Shown here: piece by piece, positions 18,076 to 27,644 of the stretch
Layout of the letters: every line of letters begins with the position of its first letter
How positions within the stretch are numbered: position 1 is the stretch's first letter
From: Candidatus Bathyarchaeia archaeon
GTDB taxonomy: Archaea > Thermoproteota > Bathyarchaeia > Bathyarchaeales > Bathycorpusculaceae
Reading direction: 5' to 3'
Assembly: GCA_049512075.1 (NCBI GenBank)
Contig: JBEKXL010000025.1
Coordinates: forward strand, 1 to 29,574
Length of the DNA stretch: 29,574 nt
The notes under the pieces: model-generated
The model's database searches: none
Told to the model about the DNA's origin: nothing
The model's input: only the letters and a program-made list of their open reading frames with translations
Program-made: the position numbers and the translations under genes

Positions 18076-19575
18076 TTAGGGTTGGATGTAGTTTCTTGCT
18101 TTGCTCAGTTGCTTTTTCCTTGTGTAGAGGATGGCGAAGGCGGTGACGGCGATGAATATGGGTAGAATCAGGCTTGTCGGGAACTCTGGAACCGTCTCTG
18201 GAGTGATGTAAGCTGTGAAGACTGGATCATGCTCGATTCTGTAGCCGCTGTAGACCGGGTAGGCGATTATGTAGAAGTAGTTTGCCCGAGTCATGTTTGT
18301 TATGCTGTCTTTGGCATGGTCGTAGAGTTGCGGGTGCATGTCGTAGACGAGCCATGGAAGGAACTTCATGAAGCCGATGTGGAAAGTGAACAGGGCTGTG
18401 TTCTGTGCTAAACCGTTGATTTCGGCGGTTCTGGCGGTTGCGTTGTAAGTGTCGAAGCTGGTTTCTGTTGGGTCCGCGGTGTAGTTGTAAAGCTTGTAGG
18501 TTTCCTTAGCGCCGAAGGAAGTGTCGAAGATTCTCTCGCCATCATCTGTATAGGTTGTTATCGACGAGTTGCTCACCATGTTTTCGTTGTCGGTGGCATT
18601 CTGTCCGTTCGCTGTGTTGCTGTAGGTGCCTTGCTCAACGTTGTCGCGGTCGACGACTGTTGAAGTTTGAAAGTCAACGATGCTCATTTTGATTTGGTTG
18701 TTCTGAAGGAAGTCATAGACGGTTTCGTTGGATACCTTGTAGCCGTATCGATAACAGCCGGTGCTGTTGTAATGGTTGTATAGTGGAACGAAGAACCAGC
18801 CCCAGAAGTACCAGAGGTCTCGAATTCTTCCTATGACGTGGTTTTCGGTTAGCGTTGCTGTGTGCGTGTCTGGCGATATGGTTAGGGTGTAGTTGAACGT
18901 TAACTCGTCGTAGGTTGTCAGGGCCATGGGCTGACTGTTGTAAGTTTGGTTGTCCGGTGAAATCCATGTTCTCCACCACACGGCTGTCAAGTCCTTGTAG
19001 GTCATGCCCCACGACCACTGAAGTCCATCGCTGGAATTGGTTAGCGGAAAGATTTCTGTTTCAGTGTTCATTGAAGGAAACGTGTCGTTTGGGAAAGAAT
19101 TCGAAAAGTTGAAGCCCATGCTGAATGAAGACCAGAGGTTGTCGTTCATGTCCGGAGAGTCCGGGTAGAGCGATTGTGAAGTGTCGTTGAATGCTAGAAG
19201 CATCAGGAAGTTAGAAGCCGTCAAAACGTCTCTGCTGTTGTTCTCGCTCTTGTAGTGCATCATGAAAGTCTGCATCGGTATCGTGAGATACTTGTTGTCG
19301 CCGAAGGTCATGTTGCACATTCCCGCGTAGAGCATTTGCAAGCCGCTGGTGTTCACGTAAGTCATATACACGTATGCATGGTAATCGTCTGGGGGACCCG
19401 CCAAGCTATTATTCGCGGCAAAATCTCGGCTGAAGTCGAAATAGTCGACCACTTTGGCCCAGCTTCCCAACTGAAAATCTGAAGCCAGCAGTCGATCCGC
19501 TCCAAACACGGGCACCACCACACTGGCTGAGAAAACGCTGAGAAGCAAGATCGCAAGAATTCTGTAAGCCTTCAT
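18076..19575 (-). CDS. Secreted surface glycoprotein with PEF-CTERM-like anchor
   Basis: Signal peptide MKAYRILAILLL..., about 17 N-x-S/T sequons, C-terminal VPEF plus TM helix plus RKK. Confidence 0.85.
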   Translation of the reverse strand: MKAYRILAILLLSVFSASVVVPVFGADRLLASDFQLGSWAKVVDYFDFSRDFAANNSLAGPPDDYHAYVYMTYVNTSGLQMLYAGMCNMTFGDNKYLTIPMQTFMMHYKSENNSRDVLTASNFLMLLAFNDTSQSLYPDSPDMNDNLWSSFSMGFNFSNSFPNDTFPSMNTETEIFPLTNSSDGLQWSWGMTYKDLTAVWWRTWISPDNQTYNSQPMALTTYDELTFNYTLTISPDTHTATLTENHVIGRIRDLWYFWGWFFVPLYNHYNSTGCYRYGYKVSNETVYDFLQNNQIKMSIVDFQTSTVVDRDNVEQGTYSNTANGQNATDNENMVSNSSITTYTDDGERIFDTSFGAKETYKLYNYTADPTETSFDTYNATARTAEINGLAQNTALFTFHIGFMKFLPWLVYDMHPQLYDHAKDSITNMTRANYFYIIAYPVYSGYRIEHDPVFTAYITPETVPEFPTSLILPIFIAVTAFAILYTRKKQLSKARNYIQP

Positions 19576-19782
19576 CGAATCTTCCTCTTTCATCCTCGTT
19601 GCTTCCAAGGTTCAAATACATATTAAAGAATTGTGAACCGTAGATACATAGTCAGAATACAGATGAACCTCCCGGGCGAAGCGACTTCTTTTCCTGAGTC
19701 ACGGCGCGCCTGTCCGGCTTCTGACTCCCAAAGCCTCGATGTCTAAAAGTGTGACACTGTGCTCCTAAAAAACGTGCAAGAG

Positions 19783-20220
19783 TCGACCCCCGGCTTTTCT
19801 TGTTTACATTTTTTGTAATAGTGAATTGTAAAATTGCAGTGTTGCGTGGGCGACCCCCCCCCCTTTTCACTTGTAATGTCAGAAGTAATGTGGATTGTAA
19901 CAAACCATGAAGAAAAACTGGCTGGAATACCGTTCAGAGCCGACCCGTTCCGTTTATTTGTAATGTCAGATGTAATGTGCATTGTAACAAACCATGGTAA
20001 TGTTTCATTGTAATGTCGCAATGTAATGTTGCAATGTTGTGTCGGCCCCCGCCTTTTTTTATTCACATCTGACATCATGTTGGATTACAAGATCGCAATG
20101 TTACGTTGTTGATCCGTTCTCCTCTTCTTTTGCATCCATTGTAATGTTGCGGTGTGTGTGACAAGTCTTGGACGCCTCTCTTTGTCGGTAACGTCAACGG
20201 TAATGTTGTGTGATAACAGG
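19783..20220 (-). repeat. Complex intergenic repeat, copy B (inverted, longer)
   Basis: TTGTAATGTCAGA(A/T)GTAATGTG..TTGTAACAAACCATG at 19871 and 19958, degenerate units at 20008, 20139 and 20200, and C10 at 19854-19863. Confidence 0.9.
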
Positions 20221-20446
20221 CCTCGAAGAAGCAAATGGACCGTGACGATGGATGCTCTGGCATGCTGGGATCTAGCCTATCTCAGTGTAGCCAGAAGCTG
20301 CACGCACGACACTTTGGTTAGGTCCGCTGACTCTCCTCTTCCGCTTTTTCGTTTGCGAAGCCGGAATTCAATTTGTGTACGGTATGAACAGGAATGACGG
20401 CTCGGATGATGCGTCCTTTTTCTGTTTGTTGTTCGCCACTGCCCGT

Positions 20447-22231
20447 CTAAGCCACGATTTTTTCGAGTTCTTTGATGAAGTGTTCGTACTGTTTTGTGCC
20501 GAGTTTCCAGAAGTTTGGGTCGCTGACGTCGAGGCCTGCCATTCTGCCGATTTCCAGTGGGGAGACGCTGCTGCCGGCTGAGAGCATTTTCTTGAATTTT
20601 GGCACGAATCGTGAGCCCTCTTCGAGGTATTTCTGGTAGAGAGCGTATACGAAGAGTTGGGCGTAGACGTATGGGTAGTTGTAGAATCTGAAGTTTGCCA
20701 TGTAATAGTGGGGCACCGTGGTCCATTCTGCTTTCATTTCGTTGAACCATTCGATGGCGTTCCCGTATATCTTGTCCCTCGCTACGGTCCAGTGTTTGCA
20801 CATGGTTTCAAAGTCGAGGTAGTCCCCTTTTTTGAGTGCGTTGTAGAGGCTTTGTTCGAACCATGCTCTGGCGGTAACCCTGAAGATTGGCGTTCCTGCC
20901 ATGTCGAGGACCGAGGTGAGTATCGCCTTTTTTTCCGAGTCCGACTTGGCTTCGTTCAGTAGTAGATCGGTTAGGAGTAGTTCTCCGAATATTGAGGCGG
21001 TTTCGGCCACGATCATCGGGATTCTGAGGTTCAGGATTGTTTGTCTTCGCTGAGCGTAGTAGTCGTGGGTTGCGTGGCCGAGTTCGTGGGCCAGCGTGTA
21101 AACGTCACGCAGTCTGCCGTTGAAGCTGTCGAGTATGAAGGCGGATTTGCCGTTGTACCAGCTTGCGCAGAAGGCGCCGTTCTGCTTCCCGAACCTCGGT
21201 GAGGAGTCTAGGTGGTTCTTGGCGAACATGTCCTTCACGGCAGAAGCATACTCCTCGTCGAACCTGCTGTAGGCCCTTATGACCATCTCTCTCGCCCTGT
21301 CGTAACTCACCATCGTGCGTGGCACATCGGTCAAGGGAGCAAGCATGTCGTGGCAGCCGAGTCTTGGCAACCCCATCATCTTGGCTTTCAGCTTGAGAAA
21401 GCGCCGGTACAGCCCCGCGTGATTCTCGACTGCCTCCAGCAGGTTGTCTATCGGCAGTTGTTCAATGTCGTTTTCTATCAGGCTTGCGTGCATCGGAGAA
21501 TCGTACTTCCTTCTTTCACAGACGTTCAGCCAGTCGTTGCACGTGTTTCTGAGGGCTGAAGAGAATATCTCTCCATATCCGCCTAGAAGACCGTAGATTG
21601 ATTTGTACGCTGATTCGCGTGTCTCCCTATCAGGATGAGGGAATAAGCCGCTGGCTTCGCCGAACGACACTGTTTTCTTCTTGCCTTCAACTTCGACTTC
21701 GAAAGTCCGGGTGTTGAGCCACTTCATCTGCAGTTCTTCCCAGGCTTTGACCCCGTACTGATCCTTTTCGATGATGAGTTGCTCTTCAACTTCGGATAAG
21801 TGGTGGGCAGCTAGCCTCTTGAACCTCTTGAGAGCATGTCTGTAGTTCGCCAGTGCCGGATCAGAAATCATTCTCGAATTCTTGGAGACGAGGGCTCCAA
21901 CTTCAAGCTCGAAGAACGCCAGCATCTTGCCCAGTTTCGCTTCAGTCTTCATCACCTTGTCGTGAAGCGACTGCGTTTCTGGCAGGGTCATGTTGGCCGC
22001 AAACGATAACTCAGAAAACAGTGTAAGATCGCCGAGCTTGGCTCGATTCGCCTCAAACTCTTTGAGACACTCTGCAAGATGCTCAGCTGATAGGCTTCCG
22101 ATTTTTCCCTGATACTTCCCTGCAAAGTGCTCTGCCATTCTGCCAAGGTTGCCAATGGCTTTCAGGACTGAAGGATCCGTACTGCTTGGGAATATTTCGG
22201 ACAAGTCCCACGCGATATCCGTTTTTGTCAT
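20447..22231 (-). CDS. pepF: M3B oligoendopeptidase F
   Basis: N-terminal WDLS, zinc motif HELGH, AETAS and FYNYPY; start set at MTKTD. Confidence 0.92.
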   Translation of the reverse strand: MTKTDIAWDLSEIFPSSTDPSVLKAIGNLGRMAEHFAGKYQGKIGSLSAEHLAECLKEFEANRAKLGDLTLFSELSFAANMTLPETQSLHDKVMKTEAKLGKMLAFFELEVGALVSKNSRMISDPALANYRHALKRFKRLAAHHLSEVEEQLIIEKDQYGVKAWEELQMKWLNTRTFEVEVEGKKKTVSFGEASGLFPHPDRETRESAYKSIYGLLGGYGEIFSSALRNTCNDWLNVCERRKYDSPMHASLIENDIEQLPIDNLLEAVENHAGLYRRFLKLKAKMMGLPRLGCHDMLAPLTDVPRTMVSYDRAREMVIRAYSRFDEEYASAVKDMFAKNHLDSSPRFGKQNGAFCASWYNGKSAFILDSFNGRLRDVYTLAHELGHATHDYYAQRRQTILNLRIPMIVAETASIFGELLLTDLLLNEAKSDSEKKAILTSVLDMAGTPIFRVTARAWFEQSLYNALKKGDYLDFETMCKHWTVARDKIYGNAIEWFNEMKAEWTTVPHYYMANFRFYNYPYVYAQLFVYALYQKYLEEGSRFVPKFKKMLSAGSSVSPLEIGRMAGLDVSDPNFWKLGTKQYEHFIKELEKIVA

Positions 22232-22940
22232 GGCATTCATCTTTCCTGAAGTTTGCACGGATTAATATTAAACGTTTTGTGGTCGGAGCGTGCTGGAGTG
22301 GCTGTGGCGCCAATTTCTTCGTTTTGGATATGAAAAACGGCATGCTGAGGTTCGCGATTCTCTGAGCCGCAAGGGACAGGAATATTCCGCCAACGACATC
22401 TGTCGGATAGTGTGCGCCCAGAAAGATTCTGCTCAAAGAAACCAGGGCAATGGCTGTTACTGCTAGTGCTTCTTTGGTTCTGCTCTTTCTCGACAGAATT
22501 ACGAAGGCTCCCGTGGCTCTGGAAACATGGCCAGACGGATATGAAGACGAAGAGATGAAGTCCTCATCATAAACTCTGAGGCCCGAACAGTTCGGTCTCG
22601 GACGGGCGACAGCTATTTTCATTGAATAGGTAAGCGCCGTTGTTATGACCAAGAAAACCGCAAGCTCGATTGCGGAACCGAGTTGTTTTCTTAAACCAAA
22701 GTATGCGATGAGCAAGTAGATTGAGGTAAGAATGACCCAAACGTAAAAGTCACCCAAATACGTCAGAACTTGAAAGGCTTGCAGCCCTATGGTCTGCTGA
22801 GCGAGACTCTGCAGATTAAACATGATCTTGCATTCTATGCCATTCAGCGGCAAGAGGACAACAAGCATGCCGATCAGTAGTGCCAACATCAGGTAGATTG
22901 CCGTTGAGACATAAGGGTCTCTTAGACGGAATCTGTCCAT
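22083..22940 (-). CDS. PAP2 family membrane phosphatase
   Basis: K...RPRP, SYPSGH and SRIFLGAHYPTDV; the 3' end runs into pepF, so the real end is uncertain. Confidence 0.85.
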   Translation of the reverse strand: MDRFRLRDPYVSTAIYLMLALLIGMLVVLLPLNGIECKIMFNLQSLAQQTIGLQAFQVLTYLGDFYVWVILTSIYLLIAYFGLRKQLGSAIELAVFLVITTALTYSMKIAVARPRPNCSGLRVYDEDFISSSSYPSGHVSRATGAFVILSRKSRTKEALAVTAIALVSLSRIFLGAHYPTDVVGGIFLSLAAQRIANLSMPFFISKTKKLAPQPLQHAPTTKRLILIRANFRKDECHDKNGYRVGLVRNIPKQYGSFSPESHWQPWQNGRALCREVSGKNRKPIS

Positions 22941-22959
22941 TTGACTGTCCCCGCGCGCC

Positions 22960-23400
22960 CTATTGGGTTCTACTACGGCATGCCTTGCAAATACCATAAA
23001 TGTCTAGGCGTTGCCCGGTCCGCGTGAATTCTGCTGTAGCGGCAACTCTTGCCACCATTTCTCGCGCGGCAGGATCGTCCATATCCGTAATGTTGCCACA
23101 TCGCAAGCAAACCAGGTTTATGTGAGGTTCCACATAAGAATCAAACCTTGCCTGACTCTGCGGGAAGTCCAGTTCCTGGACTAGGCCGAGTTCCGTCAGG
23201 ATTTGAAGCGTCTTGTACACTGTCGCAAGGCTGACTGTTGGTTGAAGTTCTTTAACTTCGCTGTAGATTCTCTGCGCACTTGGATGATCTCGGCTCTTAA
23301 GCGCTAGTCGACAAATCGCTATCCTCTGCGGAGTAGCCTTGTATCCTTTTTTGCGAAGAGCTTCAATTATCGAGGTGTCTGATTTTTGAGAGCGACTCAT
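22960..23400 (-). CDS. Fur/PerR family transcriptional regulator
   Basis: TPQR, HPSA, SLATVYKTL, H..CLRC and CKAC; divergent from catalase. Confidence 0.92.
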   Translation of the reverse strand: MSRSQKSDTSIIEALRKKGYKATPQRIAICRLALKSRDHPSAQRIYSEVKELQPTVSLATVYKTLQILTELGLVQELDFPQSQARFDSYVEPHINLVCLRCGNITDMDDPAAREMVARVAATAEFTRTGQRLDIYGICKACRSRTQ

Positions 23401-23405
23401 CGCTT

Positions 23406-23430
23406 TTATTAGATAATAATAAGTCTTAAA
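23406..23430. promoter_or_regulatory. Fur/Per-box-like operator in the divergent promoter region
   Basis: GATAATAATAAGTCTTAAA (23412-23430) matches 13/19 of the Fur box GATAATGATAATCATTATC and overlaps the palindrome TTATTA-N5-TAATAA (23406-23422). Confidence 0.5.
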
Positions 23431-23495
23431 TAAACCTTTGAGCCTTTCAAATGCTCAGGCATTATGAAACAACAAGGAAGAACGGTGTGCATGTT

Positions 23496-24944
23496 ATGAA
23501 GGATAAACATCTCACGACGAATCAGGGTGTTCCTGTCTCCGACAATCAGAATTCACTCACCGTCGGCCAACGCGGACCTGTGCTGCTGCAGGATGTACAT
23601 TTGATTGAGAAGCTTGCACACTTCGACCGGGAGCGCATACCTGAGCGCGTAGTACACGCTAAAGGTGCTGGTGCGCATGGCTACTTCCAAGTGTACAAGA
23701 GCATGGAGAAGTATACTTGCGCGAAATTCCTTCAAGATCCAAAGAAGAAGACGCCTGTCTTCGTCCGTTTCTCTACCGTGGTCGGTGCACGAGGATCTGC
23801 CGATACGGCTCGCGATCCCAGAGGTTTTGCAGTGAAGTTCTACACCGAAGACGGAAACTACGATCTGGTTGGAAACAATCTTCCCGTCTTCTTCATCCGT
23901 GATGCCATCAAATTCCCGGACATGGTACACGCCTTCAAGCCCGCCCCTGACACAAACATCCCCACAAGCTCATCGGCAAACAGCCGTTTCTGGGACTTCA
24001 TATCGCTGGCTCCAGAATCTACCCACATGATAACTTGGCTCTTCTCAGACAGGGGAACGGTCAAGAGCTACAGGAAGATGGAAGGTTTCGGCGTCAACAC
24101 CTACAAATGGGTGAACGCCAAAGGCAAGGCCGTCTATGTCAAGTATCACTGGAAACCGAAGGCAGGAGTGGACACTATTGACCGCCATGAGGCCACGCGT
24201 CTAGCTGGCGAAGATCCCGACATCGCCACCCGCGACTTGTACGAAACGATTGCTTCAGGAAAGACTGTGGAATATGAATTGAACGTTCAGATTATGGAGA
24301 TTGCTAACGAGTCCAAGCAGAGCTTCGACCCGCTTGATGCCACGAAGACCTGGCCTGAGGACAAGTTCCCGTTGATGCCGGTGGGCAAGATGGTGCTGAA
24401 CCGTAATCCAGAAAACTACTTTGCAGAAGTAGAGGAGGCTGCTTTCTGCCCCGCCTCTATCGTTCCAGGAATCGAGTTCTCCGCCGACAAGCTCCTGCAG
24501 GGCAGGATCTTCTCATACGCAGACACGCAACGGCATCGACTGGGCGCCAATTATCTGCAACTCCCAGTCAACAGACCGAAGACTGATGTCAACAATAACC
24601 AGCGGGACGGAGCCATGCAGTACGCGCCCTACGGTGGAGGAACAGTCAACTACGAACCCAACACTCTCGCGGGCGGAATGCCAAGCGAAGCACCGGCCAC
24701 CGCCACGGCTCACGAGCATCTCGAAGGGGACATGGCGCGTCAGAAAATCAGTTTAACCAACGACTTTGAACAGGCAGGCGAACGCTACCGTTCGCTGGGT
24801 AAAATGGATCAGGACCATCTGGTTGACAACATCGCTGATTCGCTGGGAAAGGCAGACAAGCCGATTCAACAACTCATGATCAAGAACCTTACTGAAGCCG
24901 ACCCTGAGCTTGGCAAACGAGTGGCAAAAGGACTGAAACTCTAG
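23496..24944 (+). CDS. katA: Monofunctional heme catalase (small subunit)
   Basis: FDRERIPERVVHAKG, RDPRGFAVKFYT and LQGRIFSYADTQRHRLG (proximal Tyr); start set at MKDKH. Confidence 0.96.
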   Translation: MKDKHLTTNQGVPVSDNQNSLTVGQRGPVLLQDVHLIEKLAHFDRERIPERVVHAKGAGAHGYFQVYKSMEKYTCAKFLQDPKKKTPVFVRFSTVVGARGSADTARDPRGFAVKFYTEDGNYDLVGNNLPVFFIRDAIKFPDMVHAFKPAPDTNIPTSSSANSRFWDFISLAPESTHMITWLFSDRGTVKSYRKMEGFGVNTYKWVNAKGKAVYVKYHWKPKAGVDTIDRHEATRLAGEDPDIATRDLYETIASGKTVEYELNVQIMEIANESKQSFDPLDATKTWPEDKFPLMPVGKMVLNRNPENYFAEVEEAAFCPASIVPGIEFSADKLLQGRIFSYADTQRHRLGANYLQLPVNRPKTDVNNNQRDGAMQYAPYGGGTVNYEPNTLAGGMPSEAPATATAHEHLEGDMARQKISLTNDFEQAGERYRSLGKMDQDHLVDNIADSLGKADKPIQQLMIKNLTEADPELGKRVAKGLKL

Positions 24945-24999
24945 CATCTAAAAGAGCATAACGCGAGTTTACGACTACGCCCGAGTGAGCCTACCACCC

Positions 25000-25530
25000 T
25001 TAGCTTCCCACTTTTTCTGGTTTTGCCATTCTCTTGATGGATTCGATGAAGTCATCGGGGTTCTTCGGAGTGATGAGGAAGTTGCCCTGCTTGGTTTTTA
25101 TTAGCACGCCGTCTCTGAAGTTGGTTATTACCACAAAAGTCTTGCCGATGCTCGGAAAATAGTAATACCCGCCATAACCTGTTGCCCCGAAAAGCCTGAT
25201 GCCAAATGGTATAAGCGTTCTTTCGACAGATTCTATCGTTTCCAAGGAAACCCTTTTTGTGCCGCCGATGAACACGGATGCCCTCATGATCAATTCACGC
25301 TGTGTTAAAGTGTACTCTGTTCTATCCATGGAAACCACTATGGAGATGATTATTATTTCTACCGCAACCACGACAACTAAGCCCACGATGGCTCCGACTT
25401 TTTGCGTCTGCACATACAGATAGGTAATCAATGCGCCCAGAGCTGCCAGTAGTACAGCCGTCGCAATGTATAACCATGCCAGCGGCCCCGAAACCTCAGG
25501 CTTGTTAACAGCGCTCATTTCAACCATCAA
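25000..25530 (-). CDS. Membrane protein with a bacterial PH-like domain
   Basis: Two N-terminal TM helices, then RLFG..GYGG and LITPKNPDDF. Confidence 0.8.
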   Translation of the reverse strand: MMVEMSAVNKPEVSGPLAWLYIATAVLLAALGALITYLYVQTQKVGAIVGLVVVVAVEIIIISIVVSMDRTEYTLTQRELIMRASVFIGGTKRVSLETIESVERTLIPFGIRLFGATGYGGYYYFPSIGKTFVVITNFRDGVLIKTKQGNFLITPKNPDDFIESIKRMAKPEKVGS

Positions 25531-25551
25531 AGATCAAGTCATGCTTAATTA

Positions 25552-25763
25552 GCGCGCATGCGTGTTCCTAAAATGGTTAAAAATGGTATTTATTCTTTTT
25601 AGGGCTTTGGAGGCAGTTTTGAGGCGCACATCTGTCTTTGACCTTCTTGCACTGCCCGTCTCAACACAGCCAAGACCCACTATCAAGCAGTCCAAATCAA
25701 ACGCAGATAGGCAAAAGAAGAATAAAACCCATTTTACACCAATTTAGGAACAAGCATGCGCGC
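25552..25763. mobile_element. MITE-like element (212 bp) with ~46-bp imperfect TIRs and GCGCGC termini
   Basis: Left end GCGCGCATGCGTGTTCCTAAAATGGTTAAAAATGGTATTTATTCTT versus reverse-complemented right end GCGCGCATGCTTGTTCCTAAATTGGTGTAAAATGGGTTTTATTCTT (6 mismatches); homolog at 28674. Confidence 0.8.
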
Positions 25764-25811
25764 CCTGTTTGTGTTCGAATAAATCTTATCCTTTTAACGC
25801 GCGCTTCGGTG

Positions 25812-27644
25812 TCATTGCATTTTTGTTTCTGTCTTCTCTGTATATGGGGTGTTTTGTTTGTCTTGCACATTCCTTATGAATGTTATTGCCTCTCGAAATC
25901 CATGAGGAAGATAGACGAGTTTTATGCCCGACCCGTGAAGGTTGAACCCGGTTCTTGCCTGAAGTGCAAACGTCGCTATTCCTGCTATGCATGGAATCAA
26001 AGCGATGAGAAGTGCAAGTGCTTGAATTGATACGAGTTGAGGAATTGCTTTTATGATTGAATCCGCCGCTGTTTGAATGGCTGAGATGAACGATGGCTTG
26101 AGGATGGCTCGCCACATAGGTTCCAACAGGAGAATGAATGCGGGTGAGAATCCGGCTAGCAGAATTTTCCAAGGGTATCGCCTTGTGTGTTCGATGTCTG
26201 CTATGCTTTTGTAGGGGATTTCTGTGATTTTTCTCGAGATGCGTCCATGCCTGACGAAGAGTCGTCTGTCTGTAGCGACGATTCCCCAGTTTCCTTTCGA
26301 CCATGTTTTCAAAACGTGTTCAGGCTCGGCTAAGGTTGAAATGGTTTCGTGTGGTACGTGTGTTAGGCCGCTTTCTTTTACCATTTCTTCAGTTATCGCG
26401 TCATCTAGGTCTCTTATGACTTTGTAGGATGTCATGTTTCGTGCCTTTTCTTTTGCGTTTTCAGACAGTCTGTTCCACAGGTCGCGATCATCCGCGAGAT
26501 TTCGTATTGCCTTCGACGCGCCTGCGGCGTCTTGTGGTCCTTTAGTGTGTATGCCTTCTCGACCGTTTCGAACCAGCCACGACTGACCTCCCACTCCAGA
26601 TGTTACAACAGGTACACCCATGTACATGAATTCTAGCTGGGTCAAACCAAGTGCTTCTTCCTGGCTCATGAGGATGTTGGCAAATGAAGACTTGATGAGC
26701 AGTATTTTCTCTCTTTCGTCGACTTCACCAAGACAAATTACGTTGGACATTTGACTCGCCTTTTCCTTGACCCTTTCAGCATAGCGTGAATCTCCTCGCC
26801 CTGCTATTATAAAGAGAATGTCGGATCTATCCTTGACCATATCAGCAACTTTTAAAACAATCATAGGATTCTTTCTCTCTTCAAGACTTCCGAGATAGGA
26901 CACTAGCTTGACGTTTTTTGGGATATGATGCTGTTTAGCGAAGTCTCCTGTATCTGTTGCTGCAAACCGCAGAAATAATTCTTCATTTACTCCACTTGGG
27001 AAGAGAAAACATTTCTTTGGATCGGCACCCATCTTGACTTTTGCCTCCTTCTCAAGCGGTGTGACGACAAGCACGAGATTCGCTGTCCTTAGAATCTGAG
27101 ACAATGATAATCTGTTCCAAGCCATTCTAAATGTTCCTTCCACAAGAGAGTAATGTTTCGCTGAAGGCTCCTGAAAGTGGGACATGTGACAGAAAACGAT
27201 GGGATCCGCATAGCCTCCTAAATCCTTCATATACCGTCTCCAAGCAACAAATTTGGCGACTTCCTCCGGCCCATTCCATAGGGTGCTGTGGGTTACAAGC
27301 ACGTTCAGCTTGAATTCATCTACAATGTTTTCCAGAACATGAACAAAATCTCGAAAGCTGATACGACGACGGGGCCATCTCACAATGTAGCTAGCCACGC
27401 GAATAACTGGAATCCCTAGCTCTTGGTCGTCTACGAAAATGTAGCCTTTCCCCTTTGTCAAATTGTCCGAGGATATGACCTCTACTCCTTCGTGAAAAAC
27501 GCTGGTGATCAAATAGGCTTCGTGACCTAAAGAAATGAAGTCACGGACCATTCGCTGCGCAACCAGTTCTTGACCCTTGCTAGTGCTCGTTTGATACATG
27601 AGAACTCCTATTCTTTTATGCATCTCTACCCCGTCCTTTGACAT
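25812..27644 (-). CDS. GT4 glycosyltransferase with a C-terminal membrane/PH-like extension
   Basis: GT-B motifs GSLEERKN, EALGLTQLE (EX7E) and GVPVVTS; tail of about 180 aa with 2 TM helices; start may be 27623. Confidence 0.88.
   Translation of the reverse strand: MSKDGVEMHKRIGVLMYQTSTSKGQELVAQRMVRDFISLGHEAYLITSVFHEGVEVISSDNLTKGKGYIFVDDQELGIPVIRVASYIVRWPRRRISFRDFVHVLENIVDEFKLNVLVTHSTLWNGPEEVAKFVAWRRYMKDLGGYADPIVFCHMSHFQEPSAKHYSLVEGTFRMAWNRLSLSQILRTANLVLVVTPLEKEAKVKMGADPKKCFLFPSGVNEELFLRFAATDTGDFAKQHHIPKNVKLVSYLGSLEERKNPMIVLKVADMVKDRSDILFIIAGRGDSRYAERVKEKASQMSNVICLGEVDEREKILLIKSSFANILMSQEEALGLTQLEFMYMGVPVVTSGVGGQSWLVRNGREGIHTKGPQDAAGASKAIRNLADDRDLWNRLSENAKEKARNMTSYKVIRDLDDAITEEMVKESGLTHVPHETISTLAEPEHVLKTWSKGNWGIVATDRRLFVRHGRISRKITEIPYKSIADIEHTRRYPWKILLAGFSPAFILLLEPMWRAILKPSFISAIQTAADSIIKAIPQLVSIQALALLIALIPCIAGIATFALQARTGFNLHGSGIKLVYLPHGFREAITFIRNVQDKQNTPYTEKTETKMQ

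Noticed and set aside
20277-20801. 174-aa minus-strand ORF
   Set aside because: Alternative frame overlapping the pepF 3' end, Arg-rich and without motifs.
25562-26030. 61-aa and 130-aa plus-strand ORFs as a MITE-encoded transposase
   Set aside because: Too short, no DDE or HUH motifs, and the longer one is antisense to the GT4 gene.
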